DNA from: Bacillales bacterium UBA1737
Lineage (GTDB): Bacteria > Bacillota_I > Bacilli_A > ML615J-28 > CAG-313
DNA length: 64,000 nt
Direction: 5' to 3'
Assembly: GCA_002315915.1 (NCBI GenBank)
Contig: DCIB01000009.1
Location: 47,529 to 111,528, forward strand
Below are positions 1-7,700 of this stretch, in pieces. Positions within the stretch are counted from its first letter, which is position 1. Every line of letters starts with the position of its first letter. The notes below the pieces were generated by a model that was not told the origin of the DNA, did no database searches, and saw only the letters and a program-made list of their open reading frames with translations. Both the position numbers and the translations under genes were made by a program.

Positions 1-166
1 TTATATAAGTCTTTATTATTATAAGTAATCATATTATTTTCCTTTAATTCATTATATATATTTTAGCATAAATTAGTATAAGTATTTACTTACATATAAA
101 AATAATTTGTAAAATGAATTTTTTAATTTTTCTTCTATTTTTTTTAATAATTTATTAAATAAATTG

Positions 167-181
167 AAAAAAAAAAAAAAA
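167..181 (+). repeat. A15 homopolymer tract lying between a TTGAAA (-35-like, 164-169) and a TAAAAT (-10-like, 184-189) upstream of ORF 209-646
   Basis: Read directly: 15 consecutive A. The spacer between the hexamers is about 14 bp, which is sub-optimal and would change with tract length. Confidence 0.5.
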
Positions 182-208
182 CGTAAAATAATTGAAAGGA
201 GATTTTAA

Positions 209-646
209 ATGAAACTATATAATAGATTAATTAATGAAGGTATTTTTATTTTTTGGGAAGATGAAAATGAAAATTCGAAGTATATTTTAAATTTATTTTT
301 TATTATGGATAATAAAAAAGTAAAGTTGTTAACAAAAGAAATGGATAATCAGTGTCATTACTTTTCCATTGATAAAATTGGAAGTGGCGAATATTTAATT
401 GAGTTAAATGCATATGTTAAAGAAACATTGAAAAAAACTGTTGAAAAAAAAGTAAATTTGACTTCAGTAATGCAAAATTTTTCTGTTGAATTACAAAAAA
501 TTAATGAATCAATAGGATCTTTAGAAACAGAAATAAATAATGTTAATTGTTTAATTAGAAATATCGGTGAGTTTTATGCATTTACTTATTTAGGAAATAC
601 TGATAATGTAGAGCAATGTGCTCGTACATTGTATAATAAACTTTAA
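209..646 (+). CDS. Hypothetical protein (145 aa), no recognisable motifs
   Basis: Intact ORF. GGAG-type RBS (aaaggagatttt) sits before the ATG at 209. No family recognised. Confidence 0.4.
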   Translation: MKLYNRLINEGIFIFWEDENENSKYILNLFFIMDNKKVKLLTKEMDNQCHYFSIDKIGSGEYLIELNAYVKETLKKTVEKKVNLTSVMQNFSVELQKINESIGSLETEINNVNCLIRNIGEFYAFTYLGNTDNVEQCARTLYNKL

Positions 647-677
647 TAAATATTTTACTAATGGAGGTGCTATAATA

Positions 678-1085
678 ATGTCATTTGATTATAATAAGTG
701 TCCTGATTGTGGATATGTGAGTAATAATGAACCAGATTTTTGTCCAACATGTGGTTATAATTTAAAAGAGTATCGACAAAAATTATATGAAGAGGAATTA
801 CGATTAGAAAAAGAAAAAGAAAAAGAAGAATTAAAAAAAGAAAAATTAGAAAGAGAAAAAGAAAATAATAAATTATATGAAGAAGCAATTAAATTATTTT
901 CAGAAAATCAGTTTATTGAATCTAAAAATAAGTTTTTTGAATTAGGTAATTATAAAAAAAGCATTGATTATATAGAGAAATGCAATGAGGCTATTTTTAT
1001 CGAAACAAAAAATCAATTTAATAATAATAAATTTATTGCTTTGACAAAAAAATATATAAATTTACCTATTGACTCAAACTTTTGA
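678..1085 (+). CDS. Zinc-ribbon (CPDCG...CPTCG) protein with an E/K-rich coiled-coil segment. The start is more likely ATG 678 (RBS GGAGGT at 664-669) than 618
   Basis: The double CxxC motif MSFDYNKCPDCGYVSNNEPDFCPTCGY is followed by an EKEKEKEELKKEKLEREKE low-complexity helix. Confidence 0.45.
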   Translation: MSFDYNKCPDCGYVSNNEPDFCPTCGYNLKEYRQKLYEEELRLEKEKEKEELKKEKLEREKENNKLYEEAIKLFSENQFIESKNKFFELGNYKKSIDYIEKCNEAIFIETKNQFNNNKFIALTKKYINLPIDSNF

Positions 1086-3435
1086 TACTCTTAACAATTC
1101 AAAACATTTCTATAGAGAACGCTTAAATAGAGATTTTTCTTCTAAAGTATGCATATATAATAAAAAGCAAGCTTTAATGGGAACAAATTTTAATCTAAAT
1201 GCAATAAATGATCAGCTAAGCATAATAATTATGAGTTTTGATTCGTTAAGGGCCACAAACAAAGAAGATAGAAAGGTTTATGAAGAAAATTCTAACCTTA
1301 TGCCTTTTGTCGGAATGTACGAACAGAAAGATGAGAATAATAAAGTTGCAGACGAATCATCTTTAATGCAAGTTTTACATCAACTAAAACCTGTAGTAAT
1401 AATTGATGAAAGTCATAATGCTCAATCAGACTTAAGCAAAGAAATGATTAGAAATTTAAATCCTTCATTTGTTTTAGAGTTAACTGCTACGCCAAAGAAA
1501 GACAGTAATATCATTTCAATTATTACAGCAAACCAATTAAAACAAGAAAATATGGTGAAATTACCAGTTATTGCATATAATAGACCTTCTGTTGAAAGAG
1601 TAATAATGGAAGCTCTTGATTTAAGAAATTCACTAGAAAAATGCGCTAAAGCAGAAAGAGTAAATTTAGGAATTCCATATATTAGACCAATTGTATTATT
1701 TCAAGCTCAACCAAAAAATGATGATGATGATGCTGTTACATTTGACAAATTAAAAAACAATTTAATTGATATCGGCATTTCAAAAGAAGAAATAGCAATC
1801 AAAACAGCAAATATTAATGAGTTAAAAGACGTCGATTTAATGTCAGAAGAATGCCAAATTAGATATATTATTACCATTAATGCTTTAAAAGAAGGATGGG
1901 ATTGTTCATTTGCATATATATTAGCATCGTTAGCAAATAAAACATCAAAAATTGATGTCGAGCAGATTCTTGGAAGAATTTTGAGACAACCTTATCAATT
2001 AAAATATACAAACAAGCTTCTAAATATGTCTTATGTTTTAACATCATCAAATGATTTTAGTAGCACTTTAGACAATATACTTCTTGGTTTAAATAATGCA
2101 GGATTTTCTAAAAATGATTGCAAGGTAGTAAGAACAAATACCTTAGATAATCTAAATGAAAACAAAAACAATGAGCCAGATAATATGATTCAACAAACAT
2201 TGTTTGATAATCATAGCGAAGGCGAAAATGTTGATTTAGATATTTTTAAGGTTGATGTTGTTAAAGAAGAGTTGAACAAGAGAAATGACGCAACTAATGA
2301 AAATGATAACTTTATTTCTACCAATGATAATGTAGTTAAATTAGTAGAAAATGCAGAGAATCAAAGCGATGAATTTGACAAGCAAATGGAAGAAAGCCAA
2401 AAGGATGGAACTTCTGAAATTCCACAAGAATTATTTAACTATTCTAATATTTATAGAATAAAAGACGAGCATAAAAATGAAATAGAAGCGTTAAAATTGC
2501 CTATTTTTACTTTTTATCCAAAAGGAACACTTTTTGATGATCAATTATGCAAAGTTGATGCTCTATATTTAAACGATGGATTTAATTTGGATAATATTGC
2601 TATTCCATCTAATCTTACTTCTAGTAATGATAATATTTATAAGGTTGATGTAGAAACTAATTCTGAAGGGAATGTCATTAAAAAATCAATTTTAGCAAGG
2701 GAAGATAGTGATGAATTTAAGAACTATTTATCTTTAATTCCTGAAAAGTCTAGGATTGGTGCATGCAAAAAACAAATAGTTCTTGAATTAAACAACAAAT
2801 TCAATAATTTGGACCACCTTTCAATAAATAAATATGCTGATAGAATTATTGATTCTTTAAAAACAGAAGATGAAATAATATCGCTTCAGAATAATATTTA
2901 TTCAATTATTAGTAGAATAAAAGAGTTTATATCTAAATCTTTAGAAGAATATAGATATAATAATTTTAAAAATAAATTATATAGGAACGAAATTATGCTA
3001 AATAAAGAATATCAGCTCTCTTTGTCTATTATTCTTCAGGAGCATACAAATTCTTATTTAAGAACATTATATGAAGAAGAAGATAACAAAGTAAATTCAT
3101 TAGAAAAAAAATTTATAGAAAAAATATCATCTTTAAATAATATAAAATGGTGGCATAGAATAATTGACAGAAATGACTTTTCACTAAATGGATTTATTAA
3201 TCATTATCCTGATTTCTTAATTGAAACAAACAACGGAGTAATCATCTTAGTTGAAACCAAAGGTGAACATTTAGACGGGGATGATTCAAAGAAAAAATTG
3301 GAATTAGGTAATCTTTGGTCAAATTATTCAGGACCTACTAATTATAAATATTATATGGCTTTTGAACATTCTCCTTTAAAAGAGGATGGTGCAGATTTGT
3401 TAGATAATATAATAGAAATAATAAGCAAACTATAA
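1069..3435 (+). CDS. Type III restriction enzyme Res-like SF2 helicase plus C-terminal PD-(D/E)xK nuclease, N-terminally truncated: no Walker A/motif I, TTG start, an in-frame stop 3 codons upstream. Probable degenerate remnant
   Basis: Helicase motif II is VVIIDESHNA, motif III LTATP, motif VI QILGRILRQP. The C-terminal DFLIETNNGVIILVETKGE matches the D...ExK nuclease core typical of the Res C-terminus. No GxGKT appears anywhere in the 788 aa, and no Mod methyltransferase is adjacent. Confidence 0.5.
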   Translation: MTQTFDTLNNSKHFYRERLNRDFSSKVCIYNKKQALMGTNFNLNAINDQLSIIIMSFDSLRATNKEDRKVYEENSNLMPFVGMYEQKDENNKVADESSLMQVLHQLKPVVIIDESHNAQSDLSKEMIRNLNPSFVLELTATPKKDSNIISIITANQLKQENMVKLPVIAYNRPSVERVIMEALDLRNSLEKCAKAERVNLGIPYIRPIVLFQAQPKNDDDDAVTFDKLKNNLIDIGISKEEIAIKTANINELKDVDLMSEECQIRYIITINALKEGWDCSFAYILASLANKTSKIDVEQILGRILRQPYQLKYTNKLLNMSYVLTSSNDFSSTLDNILLGLNNAGFSKNDCKVVRTNTLDNLNENKNNEPDNMIQQTLFDNHSEGENVDLDIFKVDVVKEELNKRNDATNENDNFISTNDNVVKLVENAENQSDEFDKQMEESQKDGTSEIPQELFNYSNIYRIKDEHKNEIEALKLPIFTFYPKGTLFDDQLCKVDALYLNDGFNLDNIAIPSNLTSSNDNIYKVDVETNSEGNVIKKSILAREDSDEFKNYLSLIPEKSRIGACKKQIVLELNNKFNNLDHLSINKYADRIIDSLKTEDEIISLQNNIYSIISRIKEFISKSLEEYRYNNFKNKLYRNEIMLNKEYQLSLSIILQEHTNSYLRTLYEEEDNKVNSLEKKFIEKISSLNNIKWWHRIIDRNDFSLNGFINHYPDFLIETNNGVIILVETKGEHLDGDDSKKKLELGNLWSNYSGPTNYKYYMAFEHSPLKEDGADLLDNIIEIISKL

Positions 3436-3747
3436 ATATAAAATGGATTTAAATTATATCCCCATAGTAGCGACAACACATATTGCCATTGTAAACATAT
3501 AATAATATAAAACATTTTTTATATACTATTATTTTGTCTATTTTTGTTGCATTATATCTAAAAAATATAATATTTTAACAAAATAAAACAAAACTTTCTT
3601 TTAAACATGCTTAAAAAAAAGAAAAGACTTTGGATTAGAAATATATAATTATTATAATAATATATTAAAATTGATGGAGAAACATTATTAAAAGGTAATC
3701 CAGATAATTATATTGATTAATTATTAAAAATAAGGAGAAATTTATTT

Positions 3748-4494
3748 ATGGACGAAAAACTTGTATGTCCTATTTGTGGAGAACCAACTAGAATATATAT
3801 GGGAAACCCAAGAAAAGATAAACTTTGTGGAGACCATGCTGATAAGTTAAAACAAGGATTAATTGAAATAAATGAAGATGGCTTATATTTAGACGCAAAA
3901 ACAAAAGTAATTTTAAATAAAAACACAGAAAATGATTCAACTATTTCAAAAAATGATGAATCATCAATTATTATTAAATGCATAGGATGCGGTAAAGCAA
4001 CATTTGGCGGCAATTTATTCTGTATTAATTGTTATCGTAAATATAAAGATAAACAATTATTAGTTAAAGTATCTAAATGTAAAGATATAGATATTTTAGA
4101 TGAATCATATGAAGGTGTGTATAAGTGTAAAGATGGACACATTGTAAAGAGTAAATCGGAAAGAGAAATTGATAACTATTTATTCGATAAAAGAATTCCC
4201 CACGCATATGAAAAGGTAATTTCAATTGATGCTGATGAAAAACATGATATTCATCCTGATTTTTGTTTGCCTAATTATTTAGGCAAAAATATTGATGTTT
4301 ATATTGAACACTGGGGATTTAATTCTGATAATAGGGATTATTATAAATCAAAAAAATATAAATTAGATATCTATAAAAAATTAGGACTTACTATTATATG
4401 TACCAATGAAAAAGATATGAATGACCCTCAAGCTGCACTAGATAGAAAATTATTGCATTTTGATAATAATAAAATAAATTTTGATGAAGAATAA
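3748..4494 (+). CDS. Zinc-ribbon (2x Cys4-like) protein fused to a Vsr/DUF559-like endonuclease-fold domain
   Basis: N-terminus carries CPICG...CGDH and CIGCG...CINC. The C-terminus has ...SEREIDNYL...HPDFCLP...IDVYIEHWGFNSDNRDYY...LGLTIICTNEKDM, which resembles the DUF559/Vsr signature (hPDF, h-E-x-D/H-G, D-x-RD, G-h-x-h-h-R-x-x-x-NE). Confidence 0.45.
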   Translation: MDEKLVCPICGEPTRIYMGNPRKDKLCGDHADKLKQGLIEINEDGLYLDAKTKVILNKNTENDSTISKNDESSIIIKCIGCGKATFGGNLFCINCYRKYKDKQLLVKVSKCKDIDILDESYEGVYKCKDGHIVKSKSEREIDNYLFDKRIPHAYEKVISIDADEKHDIHPDFCLPNYLGKNIDVYIEHWGFNSDNRDYYKSKKYKLDIYKKLGLTIICTNEKDMNDPQAALDRKLLHFDNNKINFDEE

Positions 4495-4540
4495 TATATT
4501 TTATTAATCAAAAATATACAATATAATTCATTAGTTTAAC

Positions 4541-4572
4541 GAAGACCAAGATTCTCTTGGTCTTCGTTATTA
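4541..4572 (+). terminator. Rho-independent terminator (13-bp stem AACGAAGACCAAG/CTTGGTCTTCGTT)
   Basis: Perfect inverted repeat followed by a T-rich run. Confidence 0.6.
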
Positions 4573-4701
4573 TTTAACTTTTTTATATATAGTTTACTCA
4601 TTATCATTCTAAAAACAATATATAAAATGTCATATAATGTTTTATAATGTCTAATAATTTGATATAATAAGTATAAATAGAAAAATATAAAGGATAAAAA
4701 T

Positions 4702-7700
4702 ATGAAAAAAGTTTTATTATTTTTAACATTATTAATTAGTTTTATATTTATTAGCATTAACACTACAAGTAGTGTCAATGCTGCAACATCTGATGCCTTA
4801 TGGGGAGTATCTGGTAATGTATTAACAATTTCTCCTAAAACTGGTAAAACAAATGTTGCATTAGACGATTATACATCAGGTACTGCTCCATGGTATTCTG
4901 ATAGAATAAACGTTAAAAGTATTGTAATTAGCGAAGGAATAACAAAAATAGGTGATTATAGTTTTTATAGATTTAATGATTTAATATCAATTACATTTCC
5001 ATCTACAATAACTAGTCTAGGTACTTATATTTTAAATAGCTGCGATAGTTTAACTACTATAGATTTATCTACTGCTACATCATTATCTACAATTGCAAAT
5101 AATGCTTTCGAAGGAGTAGGTGATGTAACATTAAAAATTCCATCAACTTGTACATTATTCAATGATAAAAATTATGGAAGTACATCTTACACTTTAGATA
5201 AAATTCATTATCATACATATGATTATACAATAAATAATAATACAATTACTGCAACATGTACTACATCTAACTGTGGTGTTGAAGATGCTGTAGTAACAGC
5301 ATCTTTAGATGTTTCATCTAAAGATTATAATAATGAAAAATTATCAGCAAGTATTACTAATAAGAGTAAATTTGAAGAAGTAACAGGAAAACAATTATCT
5401 ATAGAATATTATAATGTATCAACTAAACTTAGTGATGCTCCAACAACTGCTGGAACATATACTGTTAAAATGTTACTTAGTGATTCAGATAAAATTGTAT
5501 CTAAAGAAGTATCTATTAATAAGATGAAATTAGATATTCCTAGTATTACTTCTATATTATATTATAATGGAAATTCTCAAACTCCAACATGGCAAAATCA
5601 ATCATACTTTACAATAACTGGATCTACATCTGGCAAAGATGCTGGAACATATTATGTATTTGTTTCTTTAAATGATAAATTAAATACATGTTGGACTGAT
5701 TTATCATCAACTGATAAAGAAGCATCTTGGAAAATTAATAAAAAAGTAATTTATCCAAGTGATATCACTTGGACAAATTTAGAAGTTACATTTGATGGAA
5801 AACTACACTCACCAACAGGAACAATTAACGCTACTGCGTTATGCTCTGGAGATGTTTGTACATTATCAACATCCCAATATACAGGAGTAGATAGTTCATA
5901 TCAACCAAATGTAGAATTATCTAACCCTAATTATGTTTTATCAAATAGTCATCCAATTACATTTAAGATAAATCCTATGGATATTACATCTTCTATTGTT
6001 TTTGATAATAAAACTATTAGATATGATGGCGAAACTCATACACCTACCATTTCATCTACAATGTTAATAGATGGATATCCATGTTATGGAGTATTTACAG
6101 GAGCAGAATCTAATCCTGGTACATATACTGCAACCTTAACTGGTCTATCTTCTCCTAATTATACTTATACTGCTAATCCATATCTTACATGTGAATATAC
6201 AATTATACCAACATATGAAATAGATTTTAATTTAAATTCATCTTTTGGAAATCTTCCATCTATAGATGGAAGATTTATAGCAGGAGATGAAATAACCCTT
6301 CCATATTATTATGGTAATATTAGTTTAAATGGTAAAAGCTTTATCGGATGGAATACCAATAAAGATTCAAATATTGGATATAGTGGAACTTATATAATTA
6401 AAGATACAGATATAAGTAATAATAAAATAACATTTTATCCTATATTTAAAGATAATAATCATACATGTAATGATATTACATTTAATGTCATATTAAATAA
6501 TAATCATTTTTTAAATGATTATTATCAATATACATTAGAATCTGGTTATTATTATTTAAATGATAATTTAACATTAGATAATGGCTTAATTATTGAATCA
6601 GGTAAAGAAGTACATATTTGTTTATGTGGATATGTATTAGATTTAAATAATTATAATATTTCAAATTATGGTTATTTATATTTATATGATTGTCAAAATA
6701 ATGATGAACACATTCATTATTTTGACAATAATAATGATAATTCTATATGGACATTAGATGATAATAATACAAGTTCATTATTAAAATGTATTGGTGGTGT
6801 TATCTATAATGGTAATAAAGCGATAAATTCATATAATAAATTATCTTTATATAATATTAATTTTATTGGAAACATAAATGGTGCTGTATGTTGTGATACA
6901 AGTGAAGAATTAAATATATATAATTGTAACTTTATTTCTAATATAGGAAATACTAATGGTGGAGCCATAGAAGTAAATGCTAATACAAATATATATGATT
7001 CTACCTTTAAATATAATAAAGCTTCAACTTGGGGTGGTGCAATCATTATTGATTGCATGACTTCTGGAGATTCTTATATTGCAACTAAAGCATTAATTAG
7101 TGGATGTATATTTGAAGAAAATAGTGCAGCTATTGGTGCTGCAATATATGTTAAAAATTCTATACTTACATTATCTAATACTTCTATTACTAATAATACC
7201 GCAACTTATTCTGCAGGTGGTGTATATTTAAGATATGATACTAATGCATGTTTAGTTGAAGGAACTTTAATTACTATGGATGATGGTTCTTTTAAATCTA
7301 TTGAAGATTTAAAAGAAGGTGATTTAGTTAAATCATTTAATCATTTAACAGGAGAATATGTAGATAGTAAAGTATATCTTATATATAAAGGTAATAGTAA
7401 AAGTGAATACTTTACTTTAAATTTTAAATCAGGTAATAGTTTATCAATAGTTGGAGTACATGATTTATTTAATAAAGAAGAAAATAAATATGTAAGAATA
7501 TCTTCTTCAAATTATTCATCATATATAGGTAAACACTTTTTTGATGCAACAAACAACACATGGGATATATTAGAAAGTGTAACACTTTCTAATGACACAA
7601 AAGAATATTATTCTATATATACTGAATCTACATTTAATGTTATATCTAATAATATGTTAACTATACCTAATGATGTTGATTTTGAATATGAAATATTTGA

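Noticed and set aside
1-208. The extremely AT-rich leader region considered as an origin of replication or mobile-element end
   Set aside because: No DnaA-box clusters (TTATCCACA-like), no inverted terminal repeats, and no integrase or tRNA. It looks like an ordinary AT-rich intergenic region.
670-888. Small antisense or shadow ORFs. The full list is 670-888(-), 3717-4013(-), 4536-4778(-), 6804-7058(-), 10455-10637(-), 13820-14011(-), 15184-15621(-), 20591-20812(+), 20850-21071(+), 22214-22399(+), 23839-24096(+), 25583-25795(-), 27646-27840(-), 29217-29546(-), 30914-31102(-), 35198-35545(-), 35542-35796(-), 36300-36518(-), 41933-42151(-), 46011-46229(-), 48104-48337(+), 48547-48753(-), 49427-49618(-), 54160-54501(-), 54610-54807(-), 56832-57038(-), 61149-61346(-).
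   Set aside because: Each lies inside or antisense to a much longer, well-supported gene. They have low-complexity composition typical of off-frame AT-rich sequence, no RBS and no motifs.
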